Both the position numbers and the translations under genes were made by a program. Below the pieces are notes generated by a model. The model worked only from the letters and a program-made list of their open reading frames with translations, was not told where the DNA came from and ran no database searches. 64,000 nt of DNA, taken from NCBI GenBank assembly GCA_947625865.1, contig CANQQD010000002.1, positions 39,457-103,456 on the forward strand. Reading direction: 5' to 3'. Below, piece by piece: positions 1 through 8,465 of this stretch; positions within the stretch are counted from its first letter, which is position 1, and each line of letters begins with the position of its first letter. The stretch is from an uncultured Clostridia bacterium (GTDB taxonomy: Bacteria; Bacillota; Clostridia; Christensenellales; Borkfalkiaceae).

Positions 1-871
1 CCGCGGAAAGCTCGGCAAGCTTTTGCTCGGCGCGTACGGTGTTGTAGGGATTGTGCCCCTTGCCCTTTGCGAGAAGCTTTTTGATATTATCACCCTCCGC
101 CAGATAGTACACTGCGTTGGGGGGCGGAACTACCTTATCCTCGCTGCCCTGCACCAAAAGTACGGGCGAGGATATGCTCCGCGCGCTGTCCGCTGCGGAA
201 TCGCCGCCGCACGTGAGGACGATATACGGATAGAGCAGCTTTGCCAAAAATTTGGGGAGCCGCTGCGCCGCCGCGCCGTAAATCGCCTTTTCGGGCTTGT
301 CGGGCGCAGAAAGCGCAACCACCTTTTCGGCGCCGACCTTCTCCGCCGCCACAAGCGCGGCATAGCCGCCCCAACTGTGACCCACAAGATAGATTTTGTC
401 GTACCGTGTTAAGTTTTTCCGTGCATAAAGTATTGCTGCGGCAACGGAATCGGCGCCGTTTTTAAAACTTTTTATGCTCTTGCCGTCGGAGAGATTACAG
501 CCGAAATAGTCGGGAGCGAGCACCGTGTAGCCGAGTTTGCAGAAATATGCTATCTCCGTGGTATAGGCTACGTGCCCCGGGCCCATGCCGTGACAAAAAA
601 TTATGAGCGCGTTTTTTTGCCCGATTCCCTCTTTTTTATACAAAACCGCGCGTATATATTGAGTTTTCCGAGGCTCGGCAATATTCAAAACCCTTTCGGA
701 AAGCCCGAAATCCTCTGCGGAAAAATACTTTAAAAGCGGATTTTTATCGCAACGCTTGCCAAACGCCGTCCTTTTTATGAGAAGTGCGAAAACCAACAAT
801 ATTATGTTTATAAAAATTATTGCGCCGAGGACGGCAATCAAAACTATAAGCGCTATCTTAAGAGGCGTCAT
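1..871 (-). CDS. alpha/beta-fold serine hydrolase with N-terminal membrane anchor (gene 3-prime end lies beyond the left window edge)
   Basis: Absent from the ORF track because it is open at the window edge. My translation of the minus strand from ATG at 869-871 gives MTPLKIALIVLIAVLGAIIFINIILLVFALLIKR (hydrophobic anchor), then HGMGPGH and a GHSWGG nucleophile-elbow motif. The frame stays open where I checked it. Confidence 0.7.
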   Translation of the reverse strand, partial: MTPLKIALIVLIAVLGAIIFINIILLVFALLIKRTAFGKRCDKNPLLKYFSAEDFGLSERVLNIAEPRKTQYIRAVLYKKEGIGQKNALIIFCHGMGPGHVAYTTEIAYFCKLGYTVLAPDYFGCNLSDGKSIKSFKNGADSVAAAILYARKNLTRYDKIYLVGHSWGGYAALVAAEKVGAEKVVALSAPDKPEKAIYGAAAQRLPKFLAKLLYPYIVLTCGGDSAADSARSISSPVLLVQGSEDKVVPPPNAVYYLAEGDNIKKLLAKGKGHNPYNTVRAEQKLAELSA

Positions 872-904
872 ATCTTAAAAATTTATACCTGTATGGCGAT
901 TTTG

Positions 905-944
905 TAATTTTAAAAACCGCGGGGCGGCTGTGCTGCCGCCCCGC
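905..944 (-). terminator. intrinsic terminator downstream of pgi
   Basis: GCGGGGCGGC / GCCGCCCCGC stem (919-944), followed on the minus strand by a T-run. Confidence 0.7.
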
Positions 945-959
945 TTTAAACACTTTTTA

Positions 960-2396
960 TCAAACGATGTACTTGTCGTCGAGAGGAGGCGCGGAAGCGA
1001 TTTCGCGCTTCTTGTCCTCGTAGCCCTTCTTGCCGAGGAGCGCAAACGTTGCCTTTTTGCCGTTCTCCACTCCGGGCTGGTTGAAGGTATTGATGTTCAG
1101 CATTGCGCCCGCATATGCCGTTTGCAATTCGAGAAGATACATGAGTTGGCCGAGCGTGAAGGCGTTGACCTCGGGAAGCTCTATCGTGTAGTTCATTCTG
1201 CCGGCGCGCATGAGCGCATATGCCGTTGCCTTGTTCTCTGCCTGAATGAGCTCCTGCATGGTGTGTCCGCCGAGGAAGCCGACGTCGGGAATATCCTCGC
1301 AGCCGTGAGCTATGGGCATTTCGGTTGCATATTTTTTAACCGATATGAACGTTATTACCTTGTCGAAGGGTCCCTCTATGTAGAGCTGAACCTGCGAGTG
1401 CTGGTCGGTCACGCCGAGACTCTTCACGGGGGTCGTGCCTGCGTTTACGGTGTTGCCCGCATAGTCCACAGCCTTGCCGAGCGATTCAGCCCAAAGCTGG
1501 CAGTACCAGTCCGCCATGAGCTTCAGGTTGTCGGAATAAGGCATGAGCACGTGAATGTTCTTGCCCTGATTCATGCAGATATACTGAAGCGCGGCGCAGG
1601 CAAGCGCAGGGTTCTTTGCTATATTGGGCTTGGAGCAGAGACCGTCCATATAAGCCGCGCCGGCAAGCATGCCCTTTATATCTATTCCCAAAACGGCTGC
1701 GGGAAGAAGTCCCACGGGGCAGAGCTCGGAGAATCTGCCGCCCACGCCGTCGGGAAGTACGTACTTTTTGAACTTTCCGCCGAACTTGTCGTCTATCTTG
1801 ATGAGATTTCCGCGGCAGGCGTCGGTGGTGAATATCATATTGTCGGGAAGGTTTACGCCCTTCTTTTGAAGTATGTCGGCAATAATTAAAAATTGCGTCA
1901 TTGTCTCGGAGGTCGCGCCCGACTTGGAAATTACGTTGAAGCAGGTTTTTTCGGGCTCGATAACGTCGAGAAGAGCCTGCATCCTGACGGGGTCGACGTT
2001 GTCCTCAACATAAAATTTGGGACCGCCGCGCTGCTTCTGGGGAAGCTCGTTATAGTGCAGATGCTTTAATGCGTTGAAAGCCATTATGGGACCGAGCGCG
2101 CTGCCGCCAATGCCGAGAACCACGAAATATTTGAACTTTTTCCTTATTTCCTTTGCAGTTGCAAGAATGTCGTTTACGATCGCGTCCTGATTATAGGGGA
2201 GCTCCGTCCAACCCATAAACAGATCGTCCCTGCCGCGGTTAGCCGCAACATAGTCGAAGGCTTCCTGAGCCTTATCCTTTACCGCACGCAACTCAGAGTC
2301 GGTTATTCCCTTGTCGCCGAGGGATTTGGACATCATATAGTTATAATCTACGGTAACGCGCATCGAATTACGCCATTCTTTAGTTTTATAAGCCAT
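960..2396 (-). CDS. pgi: glucose-6-phosphate isomerase
   Basis: Full-length PGI-like protein (GIGGSALGP, SKSGATSET motifs). Internal start MAYKTKEW chosen because GGAGGAAATTTTAATG gives a proper RBS. The track start at 2453 adds 19 aa without an RBS. Confidence 0.93.
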   Translation of the reverse strand: MAYKTKEWRNSMRVTVDYNYMMSKSLGDKGITDSELRAVKDKAQEAFDYVAANRGRDDLFMGWTELPYNQDAIVNDILATAKEIRKKFKYFVVLGIGGSALGPIMAFNALKHLHYNELPQKQRGGPKFYVEDNVDPVRMQALLDVIEPEKTCFNVISKSGATSETMTQFLIIADILQKKGVNLPDNMIFTTDACRGNLIKIDDKFGGKFKKYVLPDGVGGRFSELCPVGLLPAAVLGIDIKGMLAGAAYMDGLCSKPNIAKNPALACAALQYICMNQGKNIHVLMPYSDNLKLMADWYCQLWAESLGKAVDYAGNTVNAGTTPVKSLGVTDQHSQVQLYIEGPFDKVITFISVKKYATEMPIAHGCEDIPDVGFLGGHTMQELIQAENKATAYALMRAGRMNYTIELPEVNAFTLGQLMYLLELQTAYAGAMLNINTFNQPGVENGKKATFALLGKKGYEDKKREIASAPPLDDKYIV

Positions 2397-2558
2397 TAAA
2401 ATTTCCTCCATTGTTGCTTTAAAAGCAAATTTCCAAATGATATTATATTCCACAAAAACCGCTTAGTCAATAGCAAAGGGAAAATTTGCTCATTTTTTTG
2501 CAAAGCCGCCGATATTTAGTTGCGTAAACGGTTGTTTATAAGCTATAATTTCCGATAT

Positions 2559-3773
2559 ATGGATCATATGTTCACGGAGGACCAGTTTAAAGCGTACAGG
2601 CTTATAGTCGACTGGTTCTTCCGTTCCACAAAACAAATTTTCGTGCTTGCAGGATATGCGGGAACGGGCAAGACCACGCTTCTGAAGCATGTGGTTGCGG
2701 ACGCGCTCGGGCTTGTGCCCGATGAGAGCGCGGCGTTCGTCACGCCCACGGGGAAAGCGGCGACCGTACTCATACGTTCGGGCATACCCGCCACTACCCT
2801 CCACCGCCTCATTTACCAGTCTATGGTCACCGAGCAGGAAGTTGAAGTGAACGGCAAAAAAATAACCATAGAAAAGCTTTCGTTCAAGCGGCGGGAAAGC
2901 ATAGATAAATCCATAAAATTAATTGTTTTGGACGAGGCCTCGATGGTTTCGGACGAGGTGATCGAAGATCTGGCGAGGTTCGGCGTTAAGCTTTTGCTCT
3001 GCGGCGACAACGCGCAGCTCCCGCCGGTTGAGGGGTTCAACAGCAGCCTGATACTGCCCGATTTTACGCTTGAAACTATTGTGCGGCAGGAGCTGGATAA
3101 TCCCATAATCCGCCTTTCGCAAATGGCGCGGGAGGGCGCGTATATCCCGTACGGGAGATACGGCAACACCGTGGCGGTGACCTCAAAAAGAGTTTTTTCG
3201 GGCGAGCGGCGCAGACAGTCGCTTTTGAACGCCGACCAGATAATCTGCGGTATAAACAAGACGCGCGTGCAGATAAACGGCGAGGTGCGCTCGTATAAGG
3301 GCTTGGGCGCGCTGCCGCAGACGGGCGACAAACTTATTTGCACGCAGAACAACTGGGAGACTTTTATCGACGGGGATATGCGGTTCAATCTGGTGAACGG
3401 CATTATAGGCACGGCGTATAAGCCATTTTACGACTCCGAAAAGCGCATCGGGTTTATGATGTTCAAGCCCGATTTTTTGGACGACTACTGCCCCGAGGCT
3501 CTACCCTTTGACGCGGGGATATTTATTGACGGCGAGTACCGCTACAGGCGGGGAGATTACTTTGAGAAATCGGACGAGAACGGCGAGCCCACAGGGGCGT
3601 TCACCCTGAACAGGTTCGAATACGGCTACTGCATTTCCTGCCACAAGGCGCAGGGCTCGGAATTTGACAATGTTCTGGTCTTTGACGAGAGCTACGCCTT
3701 TAAGGAGGATAAAAACCGCTGGCTGTACACGGCAATAACGAGGGCAAAGGAAAAATTGATAATTGTAAGATAA
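2559..3773 (+). CDS. RecD/Pif1-like SF1B DNA helicase (short, about 400 aa)
   Basis: Walker A GYAGTGKTT, Walker B LIVLDEASMV, C-terminal CISCHKAQGSEFDNVLVFDE typical of RecD/TraA-type helicases. ATG 2559 lies about 10 nt after a TATAAT (2544-2549) with no SD, so the start is uncertain and the mRNA may be leaderless. Confidence 0.8.
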   Translation: MDHMFTEDQFKAYRLIVDWFFRSTKQIFVLAGYAGTGKTTLLKHVVADALGLVPDESAAFVTPTGKAATVLIRSGIPATTLHRLIYQSMVTEQEVEVNGKKITIEKLSFKRRESIDKSIKLIVLDEASMVSDEVIEDLARFGVKLLLCGDNAQLPPVEGFNSSLILPDFTLETIVRQELDNPIIRLSQMAREGAYIPYGRYGNTVAVTSKRVFSGERRRQSLLNADQIICGINKTRVQINGEVRSYKGLGALPQTGDKLICTQNNWETFIDGDMRFNLVNGIIGTAYKPFYDSEKRIGFMMFKPDFLDDYCPEALPFDAGIFIDGEYRYRRGDYFEKSDENGEPTGAFTLNRFEYGYCISCHKAQGSEFDNVLVFDESYAFKEDKNRWLYTAITRAKEKLIIVR

Positions 3774-3807
3774 GCGGGCGCGAAATTTCACGCCCGCCTA
3801 TTTTTTT
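3774..3807 (+). terminator. intrinsic terminator of the helicase gene
   Basis: GCGGGCG / CGCCCGC stem followed by CTATTTTTTT, directly after the stop codon. Confidence 0.8.
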
Positions 3808-3814
3808 AAACCTG

Positions 3815-3843
3815 TTGACTTTTTTATATTATAATGATATAGT
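3815..3843 (+). promoter_or_regulatory. sigma-A-like promoter of the LRR lipoprotein operon
   Basis: TTGACT (3815-3820), 17-nt spacer, TATAGT (3838-3843). Confidence 0.5.
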
Positions 3844-4085
3844 TTAAGTACCACATTATTGCAACTAAATACAAGGCACGCTATTTTTATGCCCTTTTTG
3901 GGGTATAGTTTTTTAATAGTGTTAATAATTTATCAAGCTGAATACGGCATTGTGTATCTCTGCTTGAAATTATTAACAGCATTTTCGTGCTTTTAGTTGC
4001 AATTGGTGTGGTAACCGTAAGAGATACCGTGCGGTGTGCTCTTTCGGGAGCACACCTTATTTTTTTACCGCACAAAGGAGATACT
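3844..4085 (+). promoter_or_regulatory. long structured 5-prime leader with intrinsic terminator (candidate cis-regulatory RNA, class unknown)
   Basis: A 12-bp perfect long-range helix (ATTGCAACTAAA 3858-3869 with TTTAGTTGCAAT 3992-4003) encloses a 16-bp bulged hairpin (3921-3938 / 3962-3977). This is followed by the terminator GGTGTGCTC / GAGCACACC (4033-4056) plus TTATTTTTTT, immediately before the RBS AAAGGAG and ATG 4086. Confidence 0.45.
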
Positions 4086-6686
4086 ATGAAGAAAAAACTG
4101 TTGATTTTGTTTTTGACTGTGGTTGCGGCTTTATGCTGTGCAGCTATGTTTTCTGCCTGCAATGTTGAAAATTCGGGCGGCAACGGCGGCACGACCAACC
4201 AAACACAGCAGGGCGGCGGCAACCAAACTCCCGGTGGAAGTCAAACCGAAACGCCCGACGGCGGTGGTAGCTCCACTACTCCCGGCGAAAACAACCCTAC
4301 TCCCACTCCGCCTGAGCATACCCACGAATTTTCCAATGTATGGAGTTCGGACGATACCACTCATTGGCACGCGGCAACCTGCGGTCATACCGATAAGCAG
4401 GACGAGGCGCCCCATACATATGTAAACGGCGTATGCTCTACCTGCAATCACGCCCATGAAAACCATAATTACGGCAATTACACTGCGGACGACAGCAATC
4501 ATACGCATACTTGCACCGTTTGCAAAAAGTCGGAAAGCGCGCCCCATACATATGTAAACGGCGTATGCTCTACCTGCAATCACGCCCACGAAGACCATAA
4601 TTTTGATAATTGGGTAGACAAAAAACAACCAAATTGCACGGAAGACGGCTATAAAGAACACACCTGTTCCGTTTGCGGCAAAACCGAACAACAGCCGCTT
4701 ACTCATTCGGGACACAACTATCAAAACGGCGTTTGCCAAACATGCGGCGATGTGCAGGGATATATCGCGTTTAAAAATTTACAGTTGAACGACGACACTG
4801 CTTATGGCAAAGTTCCCGCAAACACCGAGTATTTTTCGTTCATTGACGAAATTCTCTATGCGGACGGCGTAACTTACGACGTATATACAAGCCGCGATTG
4901 CAAACCTGAAAGTGAAATCCCCAGCGCAACACCCGAACTTGAATTTGGTGATAACGCCTTTTATATCCTCACCCGCAAGGGGAACGACCGCAAGCTCTAC
5001 ACCGTTACAGTCCGCCGCCGCCCCGTGTATACAGTTAATTTTGTTACGGACGGAAGCGCAGTAGATTCTCAGAGTGTTGAAGAAGACCAAAATATCGTTC
5101 AGCCCGCCGCGACAGAAAAAACGGGCTACACCTTTCAAAATTGGACTTTGAACGGAAACGTTGTAACATTCCCCTATTTGGTAGAAGAAGAAATACCGCA
5201 GACGAGTAATTATACTGTCAATTTAAATGCCGTATTTGCGGCAAACGGTTACACGGTCACGCTAAATGCGGCGGGCGGCGACCTCACTGAAAACGAACAG
5301 CCCGTTACTTTTGACGAAAGCTACAACTTCCCCGTTCCCACGCGCACGGGCTATACTTTCCTCGGCTGGTTTGAGGGTGAAAACCAATTTACCAACGCCG
5401 AGGGTGCAAGTCTTGAAAATTGGACGGGCACGACCGATACTACCTTATACGCAAAGTGGCAGGTAAATCAGTATACGGTAACCTTAAATAAAAATTTAAG
5501 TGCGGGCGGCTCGGTTTCCGGCGGCGGCGACTATGCCTATGACAGCCAAGTAACCATAACGGCAAGTACAAACAACGGATATACCTTTGTAGGTTGGTAT
5601 AAGGAAACAGAACAAGTTTCCACCGAATTATCTTATCAGTTTAAAATGGGCTTAGACGTAACATATACGGCAAAGTGGCAAATGCTTCCGGAAATGGAAA
5701 ACTTTGACTTTACTTCTACAACAACTACTTGCTCGGTTTCGGGAATAAAAGATAAAACTGTTAAAGAGATTATAGTTCCCGATTATGTAACCGAAATTAA
5801 ATCGGGTACATTCAAGGGCTGTTCTAAAGTTGAAAGTATAACTTTGCCGTTTGTAGGTGGAAGTATAAAAACGAAATATTATACCTATCAATATCCGTTC
5901 GGTTATATTTTTGGCACATCAAGTTATGAGAGTGCGTCTGCGGTTAAACAAAATTATTACGGAAACAGTACAAGTTCAACTACCAATTCCACCTATTATA
6001 TCCCCAATTCGTTAAAAACCGTAACTATAACGGGTGGCAATATATTGTACGGTGCGTTCGATAATTGCACAAGTCTTACAAGTATAACAATACCTGAAAA
6101 GGTTACTTCTATCGGCGATAGTGCGTTCTCTGGTTGCAAAAACCTTAAAAGCATAACCATACCGAACAGTGTTAATTCTATCGGCGAGTGGGCGTTCTAT
6201 GGTTGCACAAGCCTTACAAGTATAACGATACCCGACAGCGTGACTTCTATCGGCGGCTGTGCGTTCTATAAATGCACAAGCCTTACAAGTATAACGATAC
6301 CCGACAGCGTGACTTCTATCGGTTGGAAGGCGTTCTATAATTGCACAAGCCTTACAAGTATAACGATACCCGACAGCGTGACTTCTATCGGTCGGCAGGC
6401 GTTCGATGGTTGTACAAGCCTTGAAAGCGTAACCATACCAGACAGCGTTACTTCTATCGGCGATTATGCGTTCGATGGTTGCACAAGCCTTGCTACTGTG
6501 TACTATGGCGGTAACAAAACACAATGGAACCGCATTTCAAATAGCTATTATAACCATGAGTTAGAAAACGCTACGCGCTACTATTTCAGCGAAACTGAGC
6601 CCGATGAGGCAAAGTGGGCAGAAAGTAAAAATTGGTGGCACTATGACCCCGTCACGGACGAAATTGACATTTGGAAAAAGGACTAA
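4086..6686 (+). CDS. cell-surface lipoprotein with Cys/His-rich repeats, Listeria-Bacteroides-type (GYTFxGW) repeats and BspA-like leucine-rich repeats
   Basis: RBS AAAGGAG plus ATG 4086. Lipoprotein signal MKKKLLILFLTVVAALCCAAMFSAC, then a Gly/Thr/Pro linker and repeated HTYVNGVCSTCNH units. GYTFQNW, GYTFLGW and GYTFVGW repeats follow, then a C-terminal array of 23-aa LTSITIPDSVTSIG..AF..C.S repeats. The track start at 3987 lies inside the leader. Confidence 0.85.
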   Translation: MKKKLLILFLTVVAALCCAAMFSACNVENSGGNGGTTNQTQQGGGNQTPGGSQTETPDGGGSSTTPGENNPTPTPPEHTHEFSNVWSSDDTTHWHAATCGHTDKQDEAPHTYVNGVCSTCNHAHENHNYGNYTADDSNHTHTCTVCKKSESAPHTYVNGVCSTCNHAHEDHNFDNWVDKKQPNCTEDGYKEHTCSVCGKTEQQPLTHSGHNYQNGVCQTCGDVQGYIAFKNLQLNDDTAYGKVPANTEYFSFIDEILYADGVTYDVYTSRDCKPESEIPSATPELEFGDNAFYILTRKGNDRKLYTVTVRRRPVYTVNFVTDGSAVDSQSVEEDQNIVQPAATEKTGYTFQNWTLNGNVVTFPYLVEEEIPQTSNYTVNLNAVFAANGYTVTLNAAGGDLTENEQPVTFDESYNFPVPTRTGYTFLGWFEGENQFTNAEGASLENWTGTTDTTLYAKWQVNQYTVTLNKNLSAGGSVSGGGDYAYDSQVTITASTNNGYTFVGWYKETEQVSTELSYQFKMGLDVTYTAKWQMLPEMENFDFTSTTTTCSVSGIKDKTVKEIIVPDYVTEIKSGTFKGCSKVESITLPFVGGSIKTKYYTYQYPFGYIFGTSSYESASAVKQNYYGNSTSSTTNSTYYIPNSLKTVTITGGNILYGAFDNCTSLTSITIPEKVTSIGDSAFSGCKNLKSITIPNSVNSIGEWAFYGCTSLTSITIPDSVTSIGGCAFYKCTSLTSITIPDSVTSIGWKAFYNCTSLTSITIPDSVTSIGRQAFDGCTSLESVTIPDSVTSIGDYAFDGCTSLATVYYGGNKTQWNRISNSYYNHELENATRYYFSETEPDEAKWAESKNWWHYDPVTDEIDIWKKD
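4407..4588 (+). repeat. 132-bp-period duplication inside the lipoprotein gene (50-nt identical core)
   Basis: GCGCCCCATACATATGTAAACGGCGTATGCTCTACCTGCAATCACGCCCA occurs at 4407 and again at 4539. Confidence 0.85.
6205..6411 (+). repeat. three near-identical 69-bp tandem repeats encoding LRR units
   Basis: GCACAAGCCTTACAAGTATAACGATACCCGACAGCGTGACTTCTATCGG starts at 6205, 6274 and 6343. Flanking units are more diverged. Confidence 0.9.
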
Positions 6687-6747
6687 AATTCAGCAATCTC
6701 GGCTCCGCCGAAAAAAATAATATAAAACCCAAAGGAGAAAAATTTTT

Positions 6748-7470
6748 ATGACAAAAAAAGAATTGCCTGAAAATTATAAAGAACTTTACAATAAATTTTG
6801 TAATGAAGATGAAACAGGATTAAATTATGAAGACGGCAGATATATGGCTTATAATAAATGTAAAGAAGCCTTTGAAAAATACTGCAACGGTGGACTTGAC
6901 GACGAAGTTATGGCTCTTCACTTGTACGCATTTTTATCAAGCTGGGGTATGACTACGCATAAGCAATATCTTATGAACAAAAACTATACTTGTCTTACCG
7001 ACGTGGTTAAAACATTGAAAAACAATTATCATAAATGGTCTAAATTTAATCATGAATTTTGCCCCGACAAAAGCAAAGAGAGTGAAAGAAAAGATTATGC
7101 AAACACTGTCATTAATATGAAAGAAAAAATAATAGAGGCACTTGGTGGTAATGGTTTGCCCAAAGGGGCGTCGTGTGTGTTAATCAGCAAAATAATAATG
7201 GTTACATATGGGTGTGTTATCGCATTTGATTCAAAGGTCAAAGAGGTTTGGAGAGACTTTGGCTATAAGATACCGAACAATACAACTAAAGACTTAGATA
7301 AAGATTCAAATAAAAATTTTTTAAATGCGCAAGTTTTGGAAGATTTATATGATTATGTTGCCGATAATAGAGAAAGTTTGTTGAATTTGATATCGGATAA
7401 TAATTATTCGGATAAAAATTATTCCGTGTTTAAAAAGTTGGACATGATTTTGTGGGAATACGGGAAATAA
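6748..7470 (+). CDS. hypothetical cytoplasmic protein, no family recognised; visibly AT-rich
   Basis: Strong RBS AAAGGAGAAAAATTTTTATG. It lies 61 nt after the lipoprotein gene with no intervening terminator. No signal peptide or TM segment. Confidence 0.7.
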   Translation: MTKKELPENYKELYNKFCNEDETGLNYEDGRYMAYNKCKEAFEKYCNGGLDDEVMALHLYAFLSSWGMTTHKQYLMNKNYTCLTDVVKTLKNNYHKWSKFNHEFCPDKSKESERKDYANTVINMKEKIIEALGGNGLPKGASCVLISKIIMVTYGCVIAFDSKVKEVWRDFGYKIPNNTTKDLDKDSNKNFLNAQVLEDLYDYVADNRESLLNLISDNNYSDKNYSVFKKLDMILWEYGK

Positions 7471-7502
7471 TTATCGGAAAAGAAGTGAGAATAAATAAAA
7501 TC

Positions 7503-7538
7503 ACCCCCGCCGACGGTTAAAAAACCGTCGGCGGGGGT
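7503..7538. terminator. terminator hairpin after the 6748-7470 gene
   Basis: ACCCCCGCCGACGGTT / AACCGTCGGCGGGGGT perfect stem. Confidence 0.75.
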
Positions 7539-7558
7539 CTCGTTGCTTTATTATACAA

Positions 7559-7590
7559 CAGCCGCCGCGGCAGAATTGCCGCGGCGGCTG
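7559..7590 (-). terminator. hairpin downstream of the DeoC-like gene
   Basis: CAGCCGCCGCGGCA / TGCCGCGGCGGCTG 14-bp stem. The T-run on the minus strand is weak. Confidence 0.5.
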
Positions 7591-7636
7591 TGCTATATTG
7601 GGGGGACACAAATAAAAAGAAATGAAAGCCTTGGGT

Positions 7637-8395
7637 TCAGGCTAAATTTTCGTTTTTGGCGGCGGCTAAGATATAGCGCGCGACGGACGGGGCGTTTTTG
7701 CTGCCAACTATGCCCGCGCCCATATCCACCGCGGCGGAAAGTTCGCTGACGGACGAGACGCCCTCCGCCTTTATGGTGCATTTGTCCTTTACCGCCGAGC
7801 GCACGTCGGCTATGGTCTTGCCCTCCTCACCGCCGTAGCCGCCCGAGGTGGTTTTGACGGAATTTACGTGGCAATCGGCGGCGATTATCGAAAGGCGCAT
7901 TATGTCATGCTTGGTCAAAAGCGAGCACTCTGCCGAGATCCTCAACGAGCGGTTCTTGGCGGCTCTTCTCAGCTTTTTTATTTCGCGCTTCACGTATTGA
8001 AAGTTGCCGTCGCGGATCTGGGCTATGGGGGCGGTCACCTCCACCTCGTCCGCGCCGTCCTTGATTGCCCTTTTTACGGCTTTGACCTTTATATCGGTGG
8101 TGTCGCCGCCGTTGGGATAGCTGATGCAGGCTATAAGCGAGCTCTTCCTTTTGGCGGCTGAGCCAAGGAAAACCGAACACGAACGCACGAAACTCGGGGC
8201 AACGCACACGCCGCCGAGCTGCAGATTGGTCGCGTCGTTGCAGGCGGACTTTAAGGCGGAAAGTCCCGTCGTTATGTCCGAAAGGTTGTATTCTATTTTC
8301 TTTATCTGGGCGTACGCCGCCTGTAAATTGATTCTGCGCCGGAAGTCCTCATAGAGCTCCTTTTCGCTCTTCTGAAACTCGGAAAAATCGTCCAT
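7637..8395 (-). CDS. DeoC/LacD-family class I aldolase-like protein with about 60-aa N-terminal extension
   Basis: GGVCVAPSFV, ISYPNGGDTT, AIKDGADEVEV, SVKTTSGGYG and KAEG motifs are collinear with deoxyribose-phosphate aldolase. Start MDDFSEF at 8395. Confidence 0.65.
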   Translation of the reverse strand: MDDFSEFQKSEKELYEDFRRRINLQAAYAQIKKIEYNLSDITTGLSALKSACNDATNLQLGGVCVAPSFVRSCSVFLGSAAKRKSSLIACISYPNGGDTTDIKVKAVKRAIKDGADEVEVTAPIAQIRDGNFQYVKREIKKLRRAAKNRSLRISAECSLLTKHDIMRLSIIAADCHVNSVKTTSGGYGGEEGKTIADVRSAVKDKCTIKAEGVSSVSELSAAVDMGAGIVGSKNAPSVARYILAAAKNENLA

Positions 8396-8465
8396 AATTC
8401 CTTTTCTCCCAAAAAATAACAATATGTATTAAGTTTTTTGCGGGCGCAGGGTTTATAATCGGGGT

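Noticed and set aside
930-1889. 319-aa ORF on the plus strand antisense to pgi. Similar long antisense frames occur at 17523-18206, 22524-23447, 25937-26695, 47850-48473 and 58319-59209.
   Set aside because: Each lies opposite a gene with an unmistakable conserved product. They lack RBSs, have Arg/Ala/Gly-rich low-information composition, and are the usual shadow ORFs of GC-rich coding DNA.
3887-4222. 111-aa minus-strand ORF spanning the lipoprotein leader and start.
   Set aside because: It is antisense to a well-supported start region, has no RBS, and is Pro/Cys-rich nonsense at the end that overlaps the signal-peptide codons.
6030-6480. Regularly spaced near-identical repeats that superficially resemble a CRISPR array.
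   Set aside because: They have a 69-bp period in frame inside a long ORF and encode LRR units. The segments between the identical cores are homologous to each other, and there are no cas genes.
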